Assembly: GCA_016618385.1 (NCBI GenBank) | Contig: JABFOP010000807.1 | Span: 280,216-335,549 of the forward strand | From: Nymphon striatum | Lineage: Eukaryota | Reading direction: 5' to 3' | DNA: 55,334 nucleotides | Shown: positions 39,292 through 48,750 of the stretch, one piece after another | Position numbering within the stretch: position 1 is the stretch's first letter | How the letters are laid out: every line of letters begins with the position of its first letter | Position numbers and translations under genes: made by a program | The notes under the pieces: model-generated | Databases searched by the model: none | What the model was told of the DNA's origin: nothing | Seen by the model: the letters and a program-made list of their open reading frames with translations, nothing else

Positions 39292-39522
39292 TAAATATTC
39301 TATGGCGGAATACATGGAATAGCAGCAGACTGCCATAGCAACTCAACTGCACAAGAAGGGAATTTGTTATTTAAACAGCGCAGTCAAGTTTTTAGTACGT
39401 ATTTTTTAAAGTTAATATTATTAAACGTTATAGGTAGAATAAGTAGGTTTTTTGAATAACTTTTAATGATAAAATGTATTGTGTAAAAACTGTAAAACTT
39501 AAAATCCTTTATCTACTGCGCT

Positions 39523-39744
39523 GTGTACACTTTTGAATGTGACTTGTGTGATGCAAGTTATGTTGGGTACAACCTTGGGTACAACACCACCCGACATCTC
39601 CATCAACGTAGACAATCACAACACAAATACTCTGCTATTGGGAAGCACTTAGAAACAAAATACAGTGTGGACAAGTCATCATCACCCATTGATCACCTGT
39701 TCAAATGTGCTGAAAAAAATGCAAGACCAAGTTTGACTGTCTAA
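39523..39744 (+). pseudogene. Penelope-like element GIY-YIG endonuclease fragment (FECDLCDASYVGYN..TTRHLHQRRQSQH...SAIGKHL)
   Basis: GIY-YIG-type motifs: C-x2-C, YVG, R.L..R..QH and SAI..H. It is an isolated 73-aa ORF. Confidence 0.5.
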
Positions 39745-40771
39745 TATACGAAATGTTCTACATCGGTCAAATGAAACCCAACTTGAACACCCAAAGTGAT
39801 TCTATTCGGGCGAAACTTTTTATTTGATTGTCTTTTTATATTTAATTTTGTTATTCAATTTTCAAGATGTCAGGTCACCTCAAAAGTTTTCTTTCTTTTT
39901 TTTACTTCTCTTCTTCTGCCTTACAGCTTTTTATTCAACTAATTTACATACTTGAAAAAGTTTTTGAAAGGTGCTTTCAAACCACTATTTCACATTTTAT
40001 TGAAGGAGATCCAATTTTATAACATAATAGAGTGATTATTCTACTGATCTCAGTTGACATAAAAATGGTATAAACACACTGTACGAATGTGTTATAAAAC
40101 GATTAACTTCTTAACGGTGAGAGATGTTTTTAATGGGTAACCGATTTAAAGTGACAATAATCTTGAACCAGGAGAATTTGGGGGAGATTTTTATTGTTCG
40201 GGGAAGTACTTTAATTTATGACCAATGACCAAGGCCAAGGCTCGCTGAAATAAAAAAGTAATTTCAGCTCGCCAAGGCTCGTTGAAAAAACAACATAGCC
40301 CGGGCGATTTGGGCGAAATTTTGCATGAACCTCAAACAAATTATTAACAACGTGAAACTTTCAGGAAATGTTCCTTACTACATTACTTTAGACATACTAA
40401 AACCCCACCGATCCCCAAGGGGTGGAACATCATTTTTTTTCACCTTGAATTTATTTAATTTTGCATTTTTTTTTGTCAATTTTGAGCTGGGGTAGGTCAC
40501 TTTAAAGGTGTATTGCCAGGTAACTACTTAAGATATTGAAGTGAAACTTGGCCAACATGTTTACCATAGGATGGGCAATGATTTTATGGGCTTAATAATA
40601 TCTGCTGACATCAGCAAAATTTGATGACGTCATCAAAATTCAAATTTTAATGATTTGTTGAATTTTCTTGATACCTGGAAGTTTTTTACTAACCAAAGTT
40701 AAACTTGTTTATAAATAAATAAAAATATTTATATCGAGGAAACGATTTTTAATTTTTCTAAAAAATATATA

Positions 40772-41997
40772 ATGACATCATCTTTTCTTAAGATTTCAAA
40801 ACTCAAAATACTACAAAGATATTTGACAAGATCCGTTCATTCACATCTCGTCCAAAATGTCGAATATATTGCCATCATTGTCAATGTCGTCTTCATTTAC
40901 AGTTTCCGTGGCTGTTCTCTAAAAGGAAATCATATTTTAGAATCGTCAGAATCGTCAGAAAAAGCTGATGTTGATCCAAACGCCTTGCATGTTCTTGATG
41001 GAGGAGCACTTTTGCACAAAGTTCGATGGTCCTACCAGCGTCACTTATAGAGAAGTTTGCGATCTTTATGTTAATCACATCAAATCAAAATATGGCATTG
41101 GTACAATTGTATTTGATGGATACATGGATGGACCATCTACTAAAGATCATGAACACGCAAGAAGAAGTCTCAACAAAAGAAGATGTGCAGATGTTCAATG
41201 TGATCTTTCAACAAAGGTCAATTTAAAACAAGATGTTTTTTTTATCGAGCATCACCAACAAATCTCGTTTGATTGACATGTTATCAACTTATTTAATCAA
41301 GTCTGGCAACAAAGTAATCAAATGTGACGAAGATGCAGACACCGAGATTGTTAGATGTGCATTATATGTTACAGAGACTGGAAGAAAAGTTAACGTAGTT
41401 GCAGACGATACAGATGTTGCTCTCTTACTTTTATACCATTGGAGTGAGAGTATGGAAGAAATTACATTTACTTCTGAGAGATCAAAAGCCACCTTTAATA
41501 TCACTTCTTCCTTATTGAAGATACCTGCTCAGATCAAATCATATCTTCTGGTCTTACACGCCTGGACTGGCTGTGACACGACATCTGCAATCCATTCGAA
41601 AGGAAATAATTCATTACTAAGGAAGTTAAAAACTTCTCAACACCTTCAAAGCTTGATGGATATTTTGAGTGACAAAAATGCTGATCAAGTAGAAGTTGGC
41701 GCAGCAGGAATCGAGTTGTTCTTGTACATGTATGGAGGAAATCAGACCTTGACTGAACTACGGTACGCATTTCCTTACTTTCCAGGAAAAAAAAACATTA
41801 GCATCTTGTTTGCAAGCTTAATGCTTGATATGTGCACTAGCAGATTTGTAATTTTTCTTATCTCAATATTCAATAATACTTATTTTTTAGCTACTACAAG
41901 TTTATGGATATGGCAGCTAAAGGTGAGATACTACCAGAAAACCTTCCACCAACAGAGCGAGCAGCAGTTCAACACAGTCTACGGGTCCATCAGCAAG
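40772..41997 (+). CDS. FEN1/XPG-like PIN plus H3TH nuclease-family ORF, second paralog (frameshifts; putative 128-bp intron 41763-41890)
   Basis: Motifs: HVLDGGALLHKVRW, GIGTIVFDGYMDGPSTKDHEH, VVADDTDVALLLLYHW and AWTGCDTTSAIHSKG (H3TH-like). After splicing GTACGC...TTTTTTAG the C-terminus reads ..TELRYYKFMDMAAKGEILPENLPPTERAAVQHSLRVHQQVVV*, which aligns to the minus copy's LPPT tail. Confidence 0.55.
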
Positions 41998-42721
41998 TAG
42001 TGGTATGACAAACGTATACGACGGGCACTCAACACGTATCCTCTATATATTTTGGCTGGTACTCTTCCATACTGATCGGACTAACCCGTCAGGGACGGGA
42101 CCCTCTAGTATACTATGGATTGGAAAACATTATGTTTTTTTTTTTTTTACACCTAATGAGTGGAGTATGCTTTTAACTTTAAGGCTACATTTTGCAATTT
42201 GGGCCTTTTTTAGAGTGATTTGGCCTGGAAAAATTGGGGGGAGGGTCATACTTTTGTTACGTAATTTTTTAGGAAAGGTGTGGTTAAGTGTCCATTTTGG
42301 CGAAAAAAAGCGTTACTTAATTTCTGAATGGCCCCTCATATGCTAAACAAACAATCGCAAACCTATCTATACTACATAGCGGTATTAATTTGTATTGCAG
42401 ATTGGGAAAAAAACAGTTTTGATTATTTCTAAAATACAGCTGCAAATATAGTATATAAAGCAAAAACAAATTCATACATTTTTACATGCTAATTTTAAAA
42501 TTTATATATAGAGGATACGTGATGGGTGCGTCGTATACAGAATATGTATGTGCTCGTAAACATTGCTGTTATTTTCAGCGAGCCTTGGTGAGCTAAAAAT
42601 AAATCAATGTTATAGCGAGTTTCATATATTCTGTATACGACGTAGTCGAGTTTGGTATTCTGTTTATCACATAATCAATGGATAAGTTTGAAAATTAATT
42701 AAAATGAAGTTAAAATAGATT

Positions 42722-43690
42722 CATAAATATTAAGGCCAGGGATATGGTTTTTAAAGCCATTTATTTTTTTATTAAAAAATAAAAACATAACAAACGTTTC
42801 GGCCATCTAGGCCATCATCAGTGAACAAAGATCAAATAAAACAAAATCGTAAAATATCCAACTTTAAAGAATTTTTTTTAAATGATATGCAGAAAGGAAA
42901 GAAAAAAAGAAAAGAATAAATAAAAATTCAGTTTAAGATTGCCAGCGGATAGGAAGAAAGTGTGTCGTTTAGTGAAGGTCGTTTTTTATATATGTGGATG
43001 CTTTCTAAAATTCTGAGTTCAATATCCGACTTAGCAGAACCAATAATTGCAAAATTTGAAAGAGTTATTTGACATTTGCAACTATTGGTATGCTGTCGAA
43101 TACTGCTGTGAGGTGGGTTTGAAAGGGGGTTGTTGGATCGAAAACTCTTACCAGCATGTTCTGCAACTCTCCTGTATAATTGTCTCTTGGTAGTACACCT
43201 GTCTCTTATATTGGTTCTACCAAGAGACAATTATACAGGAGAGTTGCAGAACATGCTGGTAAGAGTTTTCGATCCAACAACCCCCTTTCAAACCCACCTC
43301 ACAGCAGTATTCGACAGCATACCAATAGTTGCAAATGTCAAATAACTCTTTCAAATTTTGCAATTATTGGTTCTGCTAAGTCGGATATTGAACTCAGAAT
43401 TTTAGAAAGCATCCACATATATAAAAAACGACCTTCACTAAACGACACACTTTCTTCCTATCCGCTGGCAATCTTAAACTGAATTTTTATTTATTCTTTT
43501 CTTTTTTTCTTTCCTTTCTGCATATCATTTAAAAAAAAATTCTTTAAAGTTGGATATTTTACGATTTTGTTTTATTTGATCTTTGTTCACTGATGATGGC
43601 CTAGATGGCCGAAACGTTTGTTATGTTTTTATTTTTTAATAAAAAAATAAATGGCTTTAAAAACCATATCCCTGGCCTTAATATTTATAA
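42722..43690. mobile_element. Perfect palindrome (about 480-bp arms, about 20-bp spacer at 43196-43216) formed by head-to-head Penelope-like element 3' ends
   Basis: 42722-43195 is the reverse complement of 43217-43690. Each arm encodes an identical 100-aa GIY-YIG ORF (42928-43230 - and 43180-43482 +: YIGSTKRQLYRRVAEHAG ... SSIRQH ... ILESIHIYKKRPSLN). Confidence 0.85.
43180..43482 (+). CDS. Penelope-like element GIY-YIG endonuclease domain ORF (one of the two inverted copies)
   Basis: It carries the YIG.T.R.L..R..EH ... S.I..H ... LE..HI.....LN signature. The mirror copy lies at 42928-43230 on the minus strand. Confidence 0.7.
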   Translation: MSLGSTPVSYIGSTKRQLYRRVAEHAGKSFRSNNPLSNPPHSSIRQHTNSCKCQITLSNFAIIGSAKSDIELRILESIHIYKKRPSLNDTLSSYPLAILN

Positions 43691-43794
43691 TTCGACTGGT
43701 GTCTACCAGAAATATCTCCATTCACTAAAATAGATTCAATTTAAATGAAAGTGTAAAATGTTTTAGCATAAAATAACACATTTCTTCCCCAGGC

Positions 43795-44100
43795 AGTCTT
43801 CGTTTAAAAGGGGACATTTAAAGAGGCCATTAACAAAATCACTCTTGTTACTTCAAAACATAGGTATTTTAGAATATTATTGAAGCACTCCCCCTCCCCC
43901 GGCAAGCCATTAAAAGGGGGACTGAAAACTATTAAGAGCCATTTGTCATTGTTTAAGATTATTGTCACTTTAAATCGGTTACCCATTAAAACATCTCTCC
44001 CCGTTTAGCAGTTAATCGTTTTATAACACGTTTTTACACGTGTGTTTATGCAATTTCTATGTCCACTGAGATCAGTAGAATAAATGCCCTATTATGTGAT
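43795..44100 (-). repeat. Partial inverted copy of the about 600-bp interspersed repeat family
   Basis: It is the reverse complement of 28585-28900-type sequence (..cccattaaaacatctctc.ccgtt.agcagttaatcgttttataacacgtttttacacg..). Confidence 0.7.
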
Positions 44101-44314
44101 AAACTTTTTTGGTATATCTTTTTATTATGTTTTATTAATTGTGTATACATTTTTTATACATTTTATGTATATGTATGGCTAGCCTATGTAAGCCAATTTT
44201 TATCTTGAATTATAAAAAAAAAAGTAAAAAAAGAAGCAAATTGATGGATGCATCATCATTATTTAACAAAATTTTAAATCGTTTATCATACATTTACCAC
44301 TTTTTAACCTACCA

Positions 44315-44765
44315 CTTTTCTGTTAGAACTACAAGCCATGGTGGGCGAGTCCTATTTCTCACACCGCAGTCAAGAATAGGCGTTCCTCGCAGGTGCTACA
44401 CTCCACCGGGATCACCCTATTCTTATCACCCTACATAACCCTACCACTTTTTCACCCTTTACGTTGTGTATTCTCGTGCTCTCCTCTCTGATACTGGATG
44501 CAGGCTGGTTTTAGAGAGAAAATATTCCAGTCCCTCGGATAGGACGTTAAGTGGAGGTCCCGTGCAAAGGAGAGTCATGCCCTCTGCACGTTAAATAACA
44601 CACTTCACTATTCGAATAAAGAGTAGGGTGATCCCGGTGGAGTGTAGCACCTGCGAGGAACGCCTATTCTTGACTGCGGTGTGAGAAATAGGACTCGCCC
44701 ACCATGGCTTGTAGTTCTAACAGAAAAGCACTGCATTCAGTCGGATGGAAACGGCCTCCAGCTTG
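44315..44765. mobile_element. Head-to-head SINE pair forming an about 450-bp quasi-palindrome
   Basis: 44320-44420 is the reverse complement of 44625-44725. The central 44440-44620 is the SINE body in plus orientation. Confidence 0.65.
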
Positions 44766-44884
44766 CCATAAACCCATGCGAGTTTAGTGCAATAAGGTTT
44801 TAAAAAAAAAAAAAAAACAAAACAAAAAAATCGTTTAATCTGGTATGGACACTATGTCTAGAGTATACTCCTATAATATATACT

Positions 44885-46275
44885 AATAGGCTTTATCACA
44901 CAACCTTGGCGTTATTGCATGCATAGAGTACCAAAGTGTGACGTCACTTTTCAGGCCTGGACCGCAAACTATTTTCAGCCCAGCTATTTTCCCATAGGAG
45001 ATTTTTGCTTAATCTTTCTTTCGTTATTTTCACCGAAATTTCGCACAGTTTTGTTGGTAAAAGTTTATTTTGGTCATTTGTGATACGAAAATGTGTCATT
45101 TTTATTGATTTTTCATTCGTTGTTTGCGTCGCAGCTTCAAATTATAGATAATTGAGTAGTCCCAGAGACCTGATATATATACAAGCATGGGTCAGTGTTT
45201 CGTGACAACATAAAATCACATAAGAAATTTTACAGAAATAAGAACATAACATTTTTCTATAGAATACTAATTAACCACAATGAAAAAACATGTAATTAAT
45301 CATAAATGAGAACAAAAATATATAAAAATAATTCTGACTTTCTGATTGATCAGTCAGGAGCGAAACACTGAGCCATATTAAACGGTCTCTCAACCTACTC
45401 AAGCCGACTCAACTATTAATTTGAAGCTGCGAGGTAAACAACGAATGAAAAAAGCAATATAATGTCACATTTTCGTATCACAAAGGACCAAAATAAACTT
45501 TTACCAACAAACTGTGCGAAATTTCGGTGAAAATAACGAAAGAAAGATTAAATAAAAATCTCCTATGGGAAAATAGCTGGGGTGAAAATTTTTTGCGGTC
45601 CAGGCTTGAAACGTGACGTCAGCACTTTGGTACTCTATTTGTGGGTTGTATATTTATTGTATTAGGACACGTCCGTATATCGTTATCGTATCGTACACGT
45701 TCTATATTGGTGTCCGATTACAGACACAGGAAGTCTGAGATTTTGAATCTTACCTACCACGAATTTATTTTCCTTTTGTTATATACGCCGCTTACAGAAA
45801 AAGCCGCTTCTCTAGTTTCACTTATCTAGGCGTGACTCACTTTTGTTTATATCGTAACGCATCTTTCTCTCTTTCTCTCTTTCTCTCTTTCTCTCTTTTC
45901 TTTTCTCTTCTTTTTTTTCTTCTTCTTCTCTTCCTCTCTCTATTTCATACTTTCTAACCGAGTTCTCGGATTTCATTAAATGTTTGAAACTCAATAGCCT
46001 ACATATTTCCTTTTCTTCACAATTTAATTTTTTTTTTTTTTTTTAGCTTGACTGGCACAAAATGAATCAATTTTAAAATCTATTTTAATGAATAAATTCA
46101 TTTTTGAAGCTACCTGTAGGTTGTGCGATAAACAGAATATAAAATTCGTGCCCGTTGCTTATGAGATATATGGAACTCGCCAACTTAGTTTTAATTTCAG
46201 CTCGCCAAGAAATGACAAAGTTGACTTGTTCCATATATCTCGTAAGCAACGAGCACTCATTCCATATCCTCTATT
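44885..46275 (+). repeat. Interspersed repeat (paralog of 29750-30330) containing a nested TA-flanked MITE and a long (TC)n-rich tract
   Basis: It is collinear with 29750-30330 apart from the insertion at 44926-45635 and one about 50-bp indel near 46185. Confidence 0.75.
44926..45635. mobile_element. Tc1/mariner-like (Stowaway-type) MITE with about 230-bp near-perfect TIRs and TA target-site duplication (TSD)
   Basis: TA occurs at 44924-44925 and 45636-45637. The termini gagtaccaaagtgtgacgtcac are inverted. The paralogous site at 29795 is empty (gcatgcaTAggggg). Confidence 0.75.
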
Positions 46276-46365
46276 TATCATACTTTACGTAAACTTTAAT
46301 AAAAGTTGTGTGTACAGGCACCTCTGGACTGCTCAGCATTTTTCCTTTAGAATTTAAAGCTATAC

Positions 46366-46870
46366 TTTGACCTTTGACCTTTTTTTCTGAAGGTCAAGGC
46401 AATGGTCTCATTTTCATGCTATTGATGTACCAAGTAAATCACCATTGATCTTGTGTTTGTTATTTTAAACGAATTCTATGATATACGTCAGGGAAAAATA
46501 CCAAAAAAATCTTAATTTGACCTTTGATCTTCTTCCTGACGGTCAAGATTATAGTCTCATTTCCATGCCCTTGATGTATCAAGTAAATCAGTGTTGCTAC
46601 AAATACCAAAAAAAAAAAATGGAAATTTGACCTTTCGACCTACTTTTTGAAGGTCATGGTCATTGTCTTATTTTAAAGCCCTTTATGTTCCAAGGAAATC
46701 GGACTTGGTCTTGTGTTGTTATCTTAAACGAATTCTATGGTATACGTCAGTGAAAAAATAATACCAAAAAAATGTAATTTGACCTTTGACCTTTTTTCTG
46801 ATGGTCAAGATAATGGTCTCATTTTCATGCCCTTGATGTACCAAGTAAATCAGTTTTTGTTTCGTCCTTT
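46366..46870. repeat. Minisatellite, 4 units of about 110-150 bp each starting tttgacctttgacc.. and containing ..gaaggtcaagg..
   Basis: The units recur at 46366, 46518, 46628 and 46778. Each has a TGACCTTTGACC direct repeat and an AGGTCA on the opposite strand. Confidence 0.8.
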
Positions 46871-46884
46871 TATCTTTAACGGTT

Positions 46885-46935
46885 CATACTGAAAAACAAA
46901 CAAACAAACAGACAGACATACAGACAGACAGACAG
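46885..46935. repeat. (AAAC)n/(CAGA)n compound microsatellite
   Basis: Sequence caaacaaacaaacagacagacatacagacagacagacagac. Confidence 0.9.
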
Positions 46936-47010
46936 ACAAAAACAAAAATAATTTCAATGTGCATGCTCTACTTTTAACCGATCCTATTATAAATCAGTGA
47001 AAAGTACTAA

Positions 47011-47372
47011 GGCCAAAAAAAAAGGCTGTGTTTCCGGTAACGGTCTTGACAGACGGGAGGGTCGGTAGGTCGGTTTTTCTTTTTTTTTCTTTTTTTTTTT
47101 TATTAACTAGAAATTATATAACCCACCAATTATACCATTTACTTTATTTGAAGGGCTATCTACAATTGATTCAAAGAAATACAAGTGTTTAAATCATTTA
47201 ATTTAGACAAACATCATAGAGAATTTTAGGAGGTAGTTTTGTGACGTTTTTTCTTTACCATTACATGCATTTTACTATGTTTTTCCCGAATCATCATAAA
47301 AACATTTCAGTCGGCGGTAATATTACACGGTCGGTCGGGTTACCGGAAACACAACATTTTTTTTTTTTGGCC
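47011..47372. mobile_element. MITE with about 30-bp TIRs (ggccaaaaaaaaaggctgtgtttccggtaac)
   Basis: 47011-47041 is the inverse of 47339-47372. Confidence 0.65.
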
Positions 47373-47539
47373 TAACAAAAAAAAAAATATGGAAATTTGA
47401 CCTTCGACCTGCTTTTTGAATGTCATGACATGGGCATTGCTTTATTTTGAATACACATTTCTTTTTACCTTATAGCTTACTATTTGGCCTCCAGCGACGT
47501 CCAGTGACCTCCGAAGTCACTCCCTCCTACCCAGTCAAG

Positions 47540-47935
47540 AATGTGATCTCACAGTGATATCACAGTGATATCACAGTGTGAGAAATTGTGAGAAATATGT
47601 GATATCACTGTGATATAAAAAAACGTACTAATAAAATATCACAGTTATATCACACTTGTGATATCATACCTGTGAGAAATCTGTGATATCACTGTGATAT
47701 CAAAAAACGTACTAATAAAATATCACAGTTATATCACACTTGTGATATCATACCTGTGAGAAATCTGTGATACCACTGTGATATCAAAAAACGTACTAAT
47801 AAAATATCACAGTTATATCACACTTGTGATATCATACCTGTGAGAAATCTGTGATATCACTGTGATATCAAAAAACGTACTAACAAAATATCACAGTGAT
47901 ATCACACTTGTGATACCACGCACCCCCCCCCATTA
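47540..47935. repeat. Tandem satellite, about 84-bp unit x 4.5, built from the palindromic GTGATATCAC decamer (cacagtgatatcac)
   Basis: The unit aaaaaacgtactaataaaatatcacagttatatcacacttgtgatatcatacctgtgagaaatctgtgatatcactgtgatatc repeats at 47616, 47702, 47786 and 47870. Confidence 0.85.
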
Positions 47936-47984
47936 GTTACAGCCGTATATATGCCATATATACCACCTATTAAAACCCATTACT

Positions 47985-48345
47985 TACTTACTGTAGAACG
48001 GGGTTACTTTGCACTGCAAACTTTGCACAAAATTAGAATTTTTCTTGTTCACCACGTATACTCTGTATGTAACGAGATATCACGAAATAAAAAAAAATTA
48101 TTTGATGTATACATGTATAAGGCATTATTCTACCACATTGATGGGTTTATATTTTTTTCAAGTACCAATAAAAAAAATATAAACCCATCAATGTGGTAGA
48201 ATGTGGCCTTATACATGTATACATCAAATAATATTTTTTATTTCGTGATATCTCGTTACATACAGAGTATACGTGGTGAACAAGAAAAATTTTAATTTTG
48301 TGCAAAGTTACCAGTGCAGTGCAAAGTACCCCGTTCTACGGTACT
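47985..48345. repeat. About 170-bp-arm inverted repeat (hairpin-forming)
   Basis: 47993-48160 is the reverse complement of 48172-48339. Confidence 0.8.
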
Positions 48346-48721
48346 TACTTAACCTCTTCACACCTCTGGGTGATGTATAAGACCGACCATGCCACCTATT
48401 ATGTACATTAAATAAGATTTTATACGAGGTTTGAAGAAAACCAAAAATAAAAGGCATATGTAAATTTCACTTTCAAGTTTTATTTCCTTACACAAAGCCC
48501 TTCAAAGTGCTTTACATATAAATCACATTGATAAAATGACAATTATACATATAAAGTATTAATTATTCTTATAACATTAAACGATATATTGAAATAAAGA
48601 AAATAAATGTAATATATAAAAATGATTATAATGATGTATACATTTATTTCGTAAAATCAATTGCAATTAATAAAAAAGTTCAATAGGTATTGATAAAATT
48701 AAATTTTATAAATATGTACGT

Positions 48722-48750
48722 ATACATATATATATATATATATATATATG
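48722..48750. repeat. (TA)n microsatellite
   Basis: Sequence atatatatatatatatatatatatatg. Confidence 0.95.

Larger units (their letters stand above)
34769..42177. mobile_element. Nested insertion bounded by tactccactca-family TIRs (gggatactccactcat ... atgagtggagtatgc), with several other elements inside
   Basis: The terminal 16-20 nt are inverted and match the TIRs of the 15690-16240 element. The interior holds the long-TIR nuclease element, a GIY-YIG fragment and a second nuclease ORF. Confidence 0.6.
34646..42335. mobile_element. Composite: second copy of the ggggccattcagaaattacgtaa-TIR element split by a 7.4-kb nested insertion
   Basis: The left end at 34646-34768 and the right end at 42178-42335 together reconstitute the 30773-31655 element without its RTE payload. 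The junctions tttttaaag| and |gctacattttgcaattt match the uninterrupted copy ggcctttttaag|gccaatttttgcaattt. Confidence 0.7.

Noticed and set aside
47540-47935. Regularly spaced tandem repeats that could be mistaken for a CRISPR array
   Set aside because: The context is eukaryotic, with spliceosomal introns, SINEs and LINEs. The inter-repeat segments are themselves repeated and not unique spacers, there are no cas genes, and the unit is an AT-rich satellite built from a palindromic decamer.
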